DNA of 50,947 bases from a virus. Lineage: Duplodnaviria > Caudoviricetes. The notes beneath the pieces are model-generated. The model saw only the letters and a list, made by a program, of their open reading frames with translations, was not told the origin of the DNA and did no database searches. The stretch is taken from IMG/VR virus record IMGVR_UViG_3300042904_000032, positions 1-50,947 of that record; one strand, given 5' to 3'. Numbering within the stretch: the stretch's first letter is position 1; every line of letters starts with the position of its first letter. Shown here piece after piece: positions 24,579-33,554 of this stretch. Both the position numbers and the translations under genes were made by a program.

Positions 24579-24636
24579 GTTTTTATAAAAATATTTATTA
24601 AAAAGAGTTATTTTTAAGGGAAATCCCCTAAAAGCA

Positions 24637-24665
24637 TTGACAAACGGTTAAAAATGTGCTATAAT
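24637..24665 (+). promoter_or_regulatory. Consensus sigma70 promoter for the packaging/structural arm
   Basis: TTGACA-17 bp-TATAAT with TG extension. Confidence 0.85.
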
Positions 24666-24692
24666 CGTGTACATAAAATAAAGGAGCGTGTT

Positions 24693-25193
24693 TTGTATTC
24701 AGATGAGGTTCGTCAACAAGCTGTAACTCTCTATGCTTCCTGGGGAAGCGGGTATAAAGTGTCCAATGCCCTTGGAGTAGATCGTTCTACCATCAAGAAA
24801 TGGATGCGGGAGCCTTGGTGGGAGGAAAAACTCCGGGAACTAAAAACTGAACAACGGGCTGTTCTTACAGAAAAATTAGATAATGTCATTGATAAGTCCT
24901 TGGAAGTTACTCTCGATAGGCTCACCAATGGGGAAAAGGTTTTAAACAATAAAACTGGGGAATTGGTCACTAAGCCGGTAGCTCTACGTGATGCAGCTGC
25001 TGTAGCAAATGGTCTTTTACAACGGAAATCGATCTTGGAAAAGCAGGATCTTGAGGAAACTGTCACCAACATCCCTATGAAAGAAACCTTGGCTATGCTG
25101 GCCACTGAGTTTGCTAAATGGGCTAGAAATCAAACAGGGAAACAAGAAGCCATTGATGTCGAAGTTATTAATGTGACTTCTGAGGAGAATTAA
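24693..25193 (+). CDS. Probable terminase small subunit (N-terminal HTH); TTG start
   Basis: YSDEVRQQAV...LGVDRSTIKKW HTH; AAGGAG RBS; first gene of the arm, upstream of TerL. Confidence 0.7.
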   Translation: MYSDEVRQQAVTLYASWGSGYKVSNALGVDRSTIKKWMREPWWEEKLRELKTEQRAVLTEKLDNVIDKSLEVTLDRLTNGEKVLNNKTGELVTKPVALRDAAAVANGLLQRKSILEKQDLEETVTNIPMKETLAMLATEFAKWARNQTGKQEAIDVEVINVTSEEN

Positions 25194-25496
25194 TTGCCCT
25201 ACATGAAGAATGGAAAACGCGATTATAAGCGTGAAGTAGAGAAATACACCAGTAAGCCTGAAGTTAAAAAGAAACGTGCGGAGCAGAATGCTGCTCGCCG
25301 GGAAATGGAAAAAGCCGGTAAGGTACATAAAGGTGATGGGAAAGATGTAGACCATCGCACTCCGCTGTCTAAGGGAGGCACTAATGATAACTCGAATCTT
25401 AGAGTGGTGCCTAGGTCTAGTAATAGGTCTTTTTCTCGTAATTCTGATGGCAGTCTTAAGTCTCAAACCAGTCGAAAAGAACGGAAGAAAAAATAA
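25194..25496 (+). CDS. HNH endonuclease (packaging-module associated)
   Basis: DVDH..PLSKGG.N...NLRV....NR. Confidence 0.85.
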   Translation: MPYMKNGKRDYKREVEKYTSKPEVKKKRAEQNAARREMEKAGKVHKGDGKDVDHRTPLSKGGTNDNSNLRVVPRSSNRSFSRNSDGSLKSQTSRKERKKK

Positions 25497-25868
25497 ATGG
25501 CACTCCTAGAAACCGCTTTAGCTACTTCCCTTATTCCTGCTGGTATTGATCTCATTAAGGGCCTCTTTGGGGGTATTGCCAGGAAATGGGGAGGTCTTAG
25601 TGTTGATGACGAAATTAAACTCAGCAATGCTCAAGTTGGAAAACTCCAAGCATTGGCAGCATTGGATAACCCTGGTGGGACTCCTAGCCAATGGGTCGTT
25701 AATCTACGTGCTAGCTTCCGTTATATTGCCGCTGCCGTATGTATCTTGGGTGGCACTGCTTTGTTTTTTGTGCATCCTGCACTTGGCGAGCTAGCTGCTC
25801 AACTAGTGTGCATCCCTTTTAGTTTCATCTTTGGGGAACGGATGTATCTTTCAATTAAAGGTAAATAG
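25497..25868 (+). CDS. Putative holin (3TM/GTA-holin-like)
   Basis: Amphipathic N-terminus, WV..LR..R, two C-terminal TM segments, FGER. Confidence 0.6.
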   Translation: MALLETALATSLIPAGIDLIKGLFGGIARKWGGLSVDDEIKLSNAQVGKLQALAALDNPGGTPSQWVVNLRASFRYIAAAVCILGGTALFFVHPALGELAAQLVCIPFSFIFGERMYLSIKGK

Positions 25869-25902
25869 TTTCTGCGGGACACCTCCCGCTCCAAATTAAA
25901 GC

Positions 25903-27396
25903 ATGCTTACAGCACAAGTTATTCAGGGGTTTAGTGCCTCATTATTGCAGCGGAATTTTGATGGGGCAGTTGAAAGCCCCTCTTGTCATTTGGAATGGTG
26001 GGAACTATTCACTAGCAAATACCCACAAGTGGCCATCTCAGCTCCCCGTGGACATGCTAAAAGCACCGCCTGCACTCTGACATATTTACTGGCATGTATG
26101 GTGTTTCGGGAACGCAGTTATGCTTTACTAATCTCGGACACTGTAAGCCAAGCATCTCAGTTCCTTAATGATATTAAGCAAGAACTAACCACAAACGAGA
26201 GACTTATGTCTCTCTTTAAAATTAAAGGTCTTCTTAAAGATACGGAAGACGATGTTATTGTAGAATGCACGGATGGTTACCAGTTCCGAATCACTGCTAG
26301 AGGCTCTGAGCAAAAGCTTCGTGGTTTGAAATGGAACAATAAACGTCCTGACCTTATTGTCTGTGATGATCTGGAAAATGATGAAATTGTAATGAATCCA
26401 GACAGACGAGTGAAGTTTAAGAGATGGTTTTATGGTGCATTAATTCCTTGTAAATCTGTCCACGGTATTATTAGAATTGTAGGTACTATTCTTCATGAAG
26501 ATAGTTTACTTAACAATTTAATGCCTCAGGAATATGATAAGTGGACTAGAAAGAGTGCATTAAAGACTTGGAGTGAGAAGAAAGGTTCATGGATTTCTTA
26601 TAAATATCGGGCCCATAGTGACGATTTTACTTCGATCTTATGGCCTACTCGATATACGAAACAATGGTTCGTTGAAAAACGGGATGATTTCTTTGAGCGG
26701 GGCCTACCTGATGTTTATAGCCAGGAATTCTTAAATGAGCCCATCGATGAAAGCATCGCTTTTTTCAAGAAAGCTGACTTCCATCATCTTACGAAAGACG
26801 ATAAAGACCGTACCGTTAACTACTATATTACCGGCGATTTGGCTATTTCGGAGAAAGAGACGGCTGATTATTCAGTGTTTGTTATTGCTGGAGTTGATGA
26901 AAATAAACAAATCCAGATCCGAAATGTAATCAGAGAGCGTATGGATGGTAGAGAGATTGTAGATACTATTATTACTCTTCAAAAGATTTATAAGCCAGAA
27001 CTCATCGGACTGGAAGAAATGCAGGTATCTAAGGCCATTGGGCCTTTCTTACGAGAAGAAATGCATAAGACCGGTGTCTATCCTAGTATGATGATGCTAA
27101 AACATCAGGGAAAGGACAAGATGGCTAGAGCACGCTCCATTCAGGCCCGTATGCGGGCAGGAGGTGTGAAGTTTGATAAGTCCGGGGATTGGTATAGTAT
27201 TTTAGAAGATGAACTAACTAAATTTCCTCGTGCTACGAGGGATGACCAAGTAGATGCATTTGCATATTTAGGTATGATGCTAGACAGCTTGGTAGAAGCT
27301 CCCACACAGCAAGAACAGGAAGAGGAAGACTATTTAGATGAACTTAGAGAATCTGGACATGAAGCCGCAGGACGTAGCCAATACACCGGCTACTAA
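25903..27396 (+). CDS. terL: Terminase large subunit
   Basis: APRGHAKST Walker A, LIVCDDLE Walker B, GTILH, nuclease DLA and DDQVDA. Confidence 0.95.
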   Translation: MLTAQVIQGFSASLLQRNFDGAVESPSCHLEWWELFTSKYPQVAISAPRGHAKSTACTLTYLLACMVFRERSYALLISDTVSQASQFLNDIKQELTTNERLMSLFKIKGLLKDTEDDVIVECTDGYQFRITARGSEQKLRGLKWNNKRPDLIVCDDLENDEIVMNPDRRVKFKRWFYGALIPCKSVHGIIRIVGTILHEDSLLNNLMPQEYDKWTRKSALKTWSEKKGSWISYKYRAHSDDFTSILWPTRYTKQWFVEKRDDFFERGLPDVYSQEFLNEPIDESIAFFKKADFHHLTKDDKDRTVNYYITGDLAISEKETADYSVFVIAGVDENKQIQIRNVIRERMDGREIVDTIITLQKIYKPELIGLEEMQVSKAIGPFLREEMHKTGVYPSMMMLKHQGKDKMARARSIQARMRAGGVKFDKSGDWYSILEDELTKFPRATRDDQVDAFAYLGMMLDSLVEAPTQQEQEEEDYLDELRESGHEAAGRSQYTGY

Positions 27397-29422
27397 TGAT
27401 ACAAGCTATCTGACTAAGAATTATGCTGAAGATCTAGACGACGACAAATTGACTGAAATCGGTCAAGCATGTAAGCGTGGGTTTGATGTTGATTTGGAAA
27501 GTCGAGAAGAGTGGGAAGACTCTTTGGAAGATTGGTTAAAGCTCGCGAAGCAAACTCGAGAGTCAAAGACCTACCCCTGGCCAGATGCTTCTAATGTTAA
27601 ATACCCGTTACTTACCACGGCCGCTATGCAATTTGCGGCCCGGGCTTATCCAAGCTTGGTACCAGCTAATGGTCAACTAGTTAAAAGTCAGGTTATCGGA
27701 AAAGACCCGGACGGGGCTAAGTATGAAAAAGGTCAGCGTATTGCTGACTACATGTCTTATCAAATCCTCCATGAAATGACAGGATGGGAAGAAGACATGG
27801 ACAAGATGTTAATGATGCTCCCCGTTGTTGGATGCATCTTTAAAAAGACTTGGTACGACAAGGGCGACGATATGGTGAAGAGTAAATTTATTCTTCCCAA
27901 GAATTTCGTTGTAAATTATTGGACTACTTGTCTTGAAGAATCAGAGCGTACAAGTGAACTAATTGATATTAGTCCTCGCCTCTTAAAAGAAAAACAGAAT
28001 TTAGGTATTTACCGAGACATTGATCTTGGTTCCCCAATGCCTTTTGATGCAGATATTAGTGGCTATACCTCAGCAGATGAGACTCTTCCATATACTCTTG
28101 TAGAGCAACACACATTCCTAGATCTTGATGATGACGGTTATCGTGAGCCCTACATCGTAACATTTGATGCTTATAACGGCACAGTGCTATCTATCTATCG
28201 GAGACACACAATTGATGATGTCATTCTCAAAGACGATGGTAAATCTGTGGCAAAGATTAAGCCAACTCAAATGTATACCAAATTTGGATTTGTTCCTAAT
28301 CCTGATGGTGGGTTCTATGATATTGGGTTTGGTACTTTACTTGGCCCACTTAATGAGTCAGTTAACACTCTAATTAATCAGCTCATTGATTCTGGCACTA
28401 TTAACAACCTTAATGGTGGCTTCATTGGTAAAGGCCTAAAAATTAAGATGGGAGATAGCACCTTCCGTCCAGGCGAATGGAAACCAGTAAATGCCACCGG
28501 CGATGATCTACGTAAGCAGATTGTTCCTCTTCCTGCGAAAGACCCCTCTTCCGTTCTTTTCCAGCTTATGGGGACTTTAATTACCAGTGGAAAAGAGCTT
28601 GCCAGTGTGGCTGAAATCTTTACTGGAAAGATGCCAGGACAGAATACTCCGGCCACAACTACAATGGCTACTGTCGAACAGGGTATGAAGGTTTTTACGG
28701 CAGTATATAAACGTATCTTCCGCTCATTAGGCGAGGAATTTAAGAAGGTATTCCAACTTAATAAAACTTATCTAGATCCAAATAAATATGTGGCTGTGTT
28801 AGATGACACAGTGGGCCCGGACGATTTTGATAACCAAAGTTATGATATTTGCCCCGGTGCTGATCCTTCAGCAATAAGTCAAAGTGAGAAGTTAATGAAG
28901 GCACAAGGTCTTCTAGAACTACTTCCTTTAATTCCTGGGATGCTTGATCCAATTAAAGTGTATTCTCGTGTATTAGAAGCACAAGAACAGCCTAATTGGC
29001 AAGAATTGTTTACTCCAGAAGTACAGAATACAGGAGCCTTACCTCCTCCTTCACCTGATCCTAAACTTATGGCCATTCAAGCGAAGGTCGAAAGTGATCA
29101 GAAGAAGACGGCTCTGGATTTACAAGCTAAGCAGATGGAAATGGAACTCGCTGGCCGAGATCGTGTTCTCCAAATGCAAATGAAACAACAAGAGCACGCG
29201 CAGAAGATGGAACATCAAGCGCAAAGTGCCCAAGTGAAGGCAGCCAGCGACATTGCTATGTCTAATGTCTATTCTGCCACAGAACGTGCTAAAGGTCAAC
29301 AGCAACTAGTGCAGAAAGACCAACAGCACCATCAGAAAATGACCCAAGTTAAGGAGAGTCAGAAATTATCTCAGAACAAGAACTCCACGAGTGGAGACAA
29401 GACAAAGTCACAAAAGAAGTAA
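27338..29422 (+). CDS. Portal protein (P22-like, Gln-rich C-terminal barrel)
   Basis: Position after TerL, 694 aa, PWP.ASNV.YPL, coiled-coil tail. Confidence 0.9.
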   Translation: MNLENLDMKPQDVANTPATNDTSYLTKNYAEDLDDDKLTEIGQACKRGFDVDLESREEWEDSLEDWLKLAKQTRESKTYPWPDASNVKYPLLTTAAMQFAARAYPSLVPANGQLVKSQVIGKDPDGAKYEKGQRIADYMSYQILHEMTGWEEDMDKMLMMLPVVGCIFKKTWYDKGDDMVKSKFILPKNFVVNYWTTCLEESERTSELIDISPRLLKEKQNLGIYRDIDLGSPMPFDADISGYTSADETLPYTLVEQHTFLDLDDDGYREPYIVTFDAYNGTVLSIYRRHTIDDVILKDDGKSVAKIKPTQMYTKFGFVPNPDGGFYDIGFGTLLGPLNESVNTLINQLIDSGTINNLNGGFIGKGLKIKMGDSTFRPGEWKPVNATGDDLRKQIVPLPAKDPSSVLFQLMGTLITSGKELASVAEIFTGKMPGQNTPATTTMATVEQGMKVFTAVYKRIFRSLGEEFKKVFQLNKTYLDPNKYVAVLDDTVGPDDFDNQSYDICPGADPSAISQSEKLMKAQGLLELLPLIPGMLDPIKVYSRVLEAQEQPNWQELFTPEVQNTGALPPPSPDPKLMAIQAKVESDQKKTALDLQAKQMEMELAGRDRVLQMQMKQQEHAQKMEHQAQSAQVKAASDIAMSNVYSATERAKGQQQLVQKDQQHHQKMTQVKESQKLSQNKNSTSGDKTKSQKK

Positions 29423-29565
29423 AAGAGGCCCTTTTAATTGATATCCAAGAAAAACTACGAGAAGTTTTATATTGGGATAATGAAAAGCTAAAGTGGCATC
29501 AAGGATATATTCAAGCAATTAATGAAATTGTCGAGGAATATTTTCATATTAAGGAGAAACAGTGA
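29365..29565 (+). CDS. Small post-portal protein (66 aa); probable ATT start
   Basis: AAGGAG 8 nt before ATT; in-frame stop at 29350-29352; no ATG/GTG/TTG in frame; GTGA overlap with groES. Confidence 0.7.
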   Translation: MISEQELHEWRQDKVTKEVKEALLIDIQEKLREVLYWDNEKLKWHQGYIQAINEIVEEYFHIKEKQ

Positions 29566-29906
29566 TTGAGGTAGTTGGATGTAGAATCCTAATTAAACCC
29601 TATAAGATTGAAGAAGCTGATGATGTCTTTGCTAGTGCTAAGCAGAATAAGATTATTATTCCTGAATTCACAGAACGCAAAGAACAGACTAAAATTGATC
29701 AGGGTACAATTTTAATGATGGGACCTACTTGTAATGTAGATTATGTAGGTACTGCAAAAGTAGGTGATGTGATTGCCTACGCTAAATTTGGCGGCAAGTT
29801 TATCGAAGATCCTGAAGATGGGGTAACCTATCTAGTGATTAATGATGAAGATCTTGTAGCTATTTTACACAAAAAGAAAGAGGTAGTGAATGTCGGAAGC
29901 GACTGA
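29562..29906 (+). CDS. groES: GroES-like co-chaperonin
   Basis: RILIKP, IIIP, GTI..MGP, KVGD.I.YAKFGG, YLVINDEDLVA. Confidence 0.88.
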   Translation: MIEVVGCRILIKPYKIEEADDVFASAKQNKIIIPEFTERKEQTKIDQGTILMMGPTCNVDYVGTAKVGDVIAYAKFGGKFIEDPEDGVTYLVINDEDLVAILHKKKEVVNVGSD

Positions 29907-30678
29907 TGGCGTTAATACAGAACAAGTAGAGCAGCAGCCAGAATACACAGCGATTGAACAGAAGGCCATGGAACTTGGCTGGCGCCCAAAAGCTGAGTTT
30001 GAAGGTGGTGAAGAAGACTTTATTGAAGCTAAAGAATTTGTTCGGCGACAACCCCTCTTCGAAAAGATTTCCCAGCAAAGTCGTGAGATCAAGGAAGTTC
30101 GGAAGGCTCTAGAAGCCCTTAAAACCCACTATACGACGGTTAAAGAGACGGAGTATACCCGAGCCCTCAACCAACTTAAAGAAGCCCGTAAAACGGCGAT
30201 TTCTGAGGGTGATGGTGAACGGTTTGATGCTCTTGATCAGGAAATCAAAACTGTTGAAGGACAGGTAGAAGCAATTAAAGAGGCAAAAGAACAGCCTCTT
30301 GTCCAGGACACTCAAGTCCATCCTGAATTCCAGGCTTGGCTAAACCAGAACAAATGGTTTACTGAGACTAAGTATATGAGGGATTGGGCAGAGGAATACG
30401 GACAACATCTCCACGCGCGTGGCGCATCACCTTCTGAAGTGCTCAAGCAGGTATCGCAAGCGGTGAAGAAAGAATTCCCTCATAAGTTTACTAATCCTAA
30501 TAAACAAACTGCCCCAAATGTAGAAAGCGGGGGTAAGTCTAGCGGAAGCTCCACTAAGAAGTTTAGTGAAGGTGATCTGTCAGAACAGGAAGTAAAAATT
30601 ATGAATACCCTCGTTAGGCAGGGTGTGATGACTAAAGAGAAATACTTGGCAGACCTTTTGGCTGTTAAGAAATCTTAA
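29890..30678 (+). CDS. Capsid scaffolding protein
   Basis: A...GW.P..EF, coiled coil, position before capsid genes. Confidence 0.75.
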   Translation: MSEATDGVNTEQVEQQPEYTAIEQKAMELGWRPKAEFEGGEEDFIEAKEFVRRQPLFEKISQQSREIKEVRKALEALKTHYTTVKETEYTRALNQLKEARKTAISEGDGERFDALDQEIKTVEGQVEAIKEAKEQPLVQDTQVHPEFQAWLNQNKWFTETKYMRDWAEEYGQHLHARGASPSEVLKQVSQAVKKEFPHKFTNPNKQTAPNVESGGKSSGSSTKKFSEGDLSEQEVKIMNTLVRQGVMTKEKYLADLLAVKKS

Positions 30679-30687
30679 GGAGCAACT

Positions 30688-31104
30688 ATGAGCAGACAAG
30701 CAAACTCACCGACGCCAGAGCGTCCCAAGCGGGTCCCCCTAAGCGGTCGTAACCGACTAGCAATTCGGGATAAGGACCCCAATTATGTCTATCGATATGT
30801 TAATGCTAATCTAGAGAATGATCCTGACCGTATAGAACGGATGAAGGAAGCGGGTTATGAAATTGTACCCCGTGCAGCTTCTGGTAAGCTAGGTGACGAT
30901 CGTGTGGACAATGCCTCTTCAATGGGTTCGGCAGCAGAGATCTCTGTGGGTCAAGGTACTAAGGCAATCCTTATGCGTCAGCGTAAGGAGTTTTATGACC
31001 AAGATCAGGCTACAAAGCAAGCAGAAATTGATGCTATTGAAAGAACAATGAAGAGAGAGTCCAAATCTGATTACGGTACTCTTGAAGTCGTAAACCCTCG
31101 ATAA
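30688..31104 (+). CDS. Head-module hypothetical protein
   Basis: AAGGAG RBS; YVYRYVN...RI.....GYE pattern. Confidence 0.75.
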   Translation: MSRQANSPTPERPKRVPLSGRNRLAIRDKDPNYVYRYVNANLENDPDRIERMKEAGYEIVPRAASGKLGDDRVDNASSMGSAAEISVGQGTKAILMRQRKEFYDQDQATKQAEIDAIERTMKRESKSDYGTLEVVNPR

Positions 31105-31153
31105 AGGGAAAATGATTTGGGCCTCTCAATCTTAACTAGAAAGGATAGGCCCT

Positions 31154-31783
31154 ATGGCTAATACTTCGAAAATTCGGGGTTTCATTCCTGTTAAACACAT
31201 GAATGGTTCCCCCTATAACGGTCAATGCAACACTTACGTAGCTCTTGCTGCAGATGGTACTGCTTTGTTCGTTGGTGATCCCGTTAAACTAAGTGGTTCT
31301 GCCCACACTTCTGGCGTAGCATCAATTGCGAAAGCGACTGCTGGTGCTGCTGTTGTAGGTGTTGTGGTTGGTTTCGTTAACACTAAGTTTGACCCAATTA
31401 CAGGTGCGATGACTGCGGGCTCAGTATCTCTTGATACTCCTCAATATCGTCCTGCTTCCACTCTACAATATGTTTTGGTAGCCGACGCTCCAGATCTTAT
31501 TTATGAGGTGGAAGCTGTTACTGGCTCAAATTCAGCCTATTCATTTGCTGTAGCAGATGTGGGTCTGAATGCTGATCTAGCTACTGTTGCAGGCTCTACG
31601 ACTACAGGTGCTTCCGCGGCTGCTTTGGACATGTCCACTGCTGCTACTACGGCTACTCTGCAGTTTAAGATCTTGGGTTCTGTATTGCGCCCAGATAATG
31701 AACCAACCGGTAACTCTACCAAGGTGCTTGTTAAGATTAACAATGCCACCATGGGTAATGGTACTGGCGCAACTGGTCAATAA
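31154..31783 (+). CDS. Capsid decoration/cement-like protein
   Basis: GF.PV, F.GD.V; Ala/Thr/Gly-rich; immediately before the major capsid gene. Confidence 0.65.
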   Translation: MANTSKIRGFIPVKHMNGSPYNGQCNTYVALAADGTALFVGDPVKLSGSAHTSGVASIAKATAGAAVVGVVVGFVNTKFDPITGAMTAGSVSLDTPQYRPASTLQYVLVADAPDLIYEVEAVTGSNSAYSFAVADVGLNADLATVAGSTTTGASAAALDMSTAATTATLQFKILGSVLRPDNEPTGNSTKVLVKINNATMGNGTGATGQ

Positions 31784-31793
31784 GGAGTAATCT

Positions 31794-32729
31794 ATGTCTA
31801 CTGGTATTATTACTACTTCCAGCTTTGCCAAGGCCCTATGGCCTGGTGTAAATGCTTGGTATGGTGATGCATATTCGCAATATCCCGTTGAATGGGATAA
31901 ACTGTTTGAGAAACATACTTCACGCCGTGCGTTTGAAGAAGATGTTGGTACTAGCCATTTCGGGCTAGCAGGTGTAAAAACTGAAGGTGGTGCTATTTCC
32001 TATGATAGCTCACGTCAGGGCTTCACCTCACGATACAACCATGTGACTTATGCCCTTGGTTTTATCATTACCCGGGAAATGGTTGATGATGATCTATATG
32101 ACGTCATCGGTAAGCAGAAGGCTTCCTCACTGGCGTTCTCAATGCGTCAGACAAAGGAAATCATCGCAGCCAACGTTTACAATCGTGCGTTCAATACTTC
32201 CTATACTGGTGGTGACGGTGCAACTCTAATTGCCTCAGCAGGTGGTGGTGGCTCAGCTACTGCTCCTAATGTGGCAGGCGGCACTTATACCAATGGTGTG
32301 GCTACTGCTGCTGACTTGTCAGAAGCTGCCCTTGAACAGGCATGTATTGATATTGCCGGCTTTACTAACGATCGTGGTCTAAAGATTGCTGTCCGTCCCC
32401 AATCGCTCATTATTCCTAAGGAACTAATGTTCGAGGCACAGCGTATCCTTAAGACTGAAGGTCGTGTTGGTACTGATCTAAATGATCTGAATGCCATCAA
32501 GACTTTGGGTATGATTCCTCAAATCATTGTTAACCATTATCTCACGGATACGGATGCCTGGTTCATCAAGACCGATGTGAAGAATGGTCTGAAGCACTTC
32601 GAACGTCGTGCGGATGAGTTTAACATGGATTCAGACTTCGACACTGAAAATGCTAAGTATAAGGCTTCTGCGCGTTATAGCTTTGGCTGGACAGATCGTC
32701 GTGCTCTGTATGGTTCACCCGGCGCCTAA
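31794..32729 (+). CDS. Major capsid protein
   Basis: KALWPG, EG....YD, YALGF.IT.E..DD.LY, YLTDTDAWF, RYSFGW.D.R; followed by a terminator. Confidence 0.9.
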   Translation: MSTGIITTSSFAKALWPGVNAWYGDAYSQYPVEWDKLFEKHTSRRAFEEDVGTSHFGLAGVKTEGGAISYDSSRQGFTSRYNHVTYALGFIITREMVDDDLYDVIGKQKASSLAFSMRQTKEIIAANVYNRAFNTSYTGGDGATLIASAGGGGSATAPNVAGGTYTNGVATAADLSEAALEQACIDIAGFTNDRGLKIAVRPQSLIIPKELMFEAQRILKTEGRVGTDLNDLNAIKTLGMIPQIIVNHYLTDTDAWFIKTDVKNGLKHFERRADEFNMDSDFDTENAKYKASARYSFGWTDRRALYGSPGA

Positions 32730-32738
32730 TGTTTAACC

Positions 32739-32760
32739 GGGGTCCTTCGGGACCCCTTTT
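32739..32760 (+). terminator. Intrinsic terminator after the major capsid gene
   Basis: GGGGTCC-TTCG-GGACCCC-TTTT. Confidence 0.85.
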
Positions 32761-32771
32761 AAGGAGAAACT

Positions 32772-33200
32772 ATGGCAGCTCGTCCATTAGAAACAGTTAG
32801 TAATACAACTCCACCTAGAGTGGAGATTTATAGCAAAACCGTGCGGATTGCCCGTACAGACACCACTGCATTCAATGCTTTTGTCCTACCTAAGGGGGCA
32901 GTTATTGCTGGCTCTTATGTGATGGGTACAGTAGCCTCAGATGCAGCAACTACAGCCACTGTTAGTGTTGGTAGTAACCCTGGCACCACAAATGAATGTG
33001 TTGCCGCTTTTAGTGTAAAGACTAACGGCTTGGGATTCTTTGCGACAGGTGCCACAGGTGGTACTAGTGTTGGTTCCCAACTAACTGCAGATACATTAAT
33101 GAAAGCAGTCTACGCAGAAACTGGTACAGCGTCCACTACTGGTGGTCCTTGGCTAGTGAAAGTAGATTACTACTTCCCACAACCAGGCAACAGCTGGTAA
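32772..33200 (+). CDS. Virion structural protein
   Basis: AAGGAG RBS; LP.GA.I beta-sandwich pattern. Confidence 0.7.
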   Translation: MAARPLETVSNTTPPRVEIYSKTVRIARTDTTAFNAFVLPKGAVIAGSYVMGTVASDAATTATVSVGSNPGTTNECVAAFSVKTNGLGFFATGATGGTSVGSQLTADTLMKAVYAETGTASTTGGPWLVKVDYYFPQPGNSW

Positions 33201-33206
33201 TCTTTT

Positions 33207-33231
33207 GGAGGGGCTTGTCCCCTCCTCTTTT
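33207..33231 (+). terminator. Intrinsic terminator
   Basis: GGAGGGG-CTTGT-CCCCTCC-TCTTTT. Confidence 0.7.
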
Positions 33232-33242
33232 AGGAGCTAATC

Positions 33243-33554
33243 ATGGGCACATACGTACAACAAGTTCCAGTTAAATTTAAAAGCAACACAGTGGTAGTAG
33301 GCACTCCAGTATATGTAGATGTACAGAGTTACCCCTTCCCTCTCACTGTAACAGCGATTCCAGGCGGTGGCGGTACGCTTGCCGTTGCATATAGCACAAC
33401 TCCCAATGCAGCCGGTACTACAGGTACAGCTACGTGGATTGATTGGCCATCAGGTGCTGTAGCAGCCACAACTTCAGACAGCCTCTTATCTCCTGTCTCT
33501 GCATTACGATTTACTGCGACCACAGCAGATGGTGTGGCAGAATTAAATGGCTAA
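33243..33554 (+). CDS. Small beta-rich virion protein
   Basis: AGGAG RBS; overlaps the next gene. Confidence 0.7.
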   Translation: MGTYVQQVPVKFKSNTVVVGTPVYVDVQSYPFPLTVTAIPGGGGTLAVAYSTTPNAAGTTGTATWIDWPSGAVAATTSDSLLSPVSALRFTATTADGVAELNG

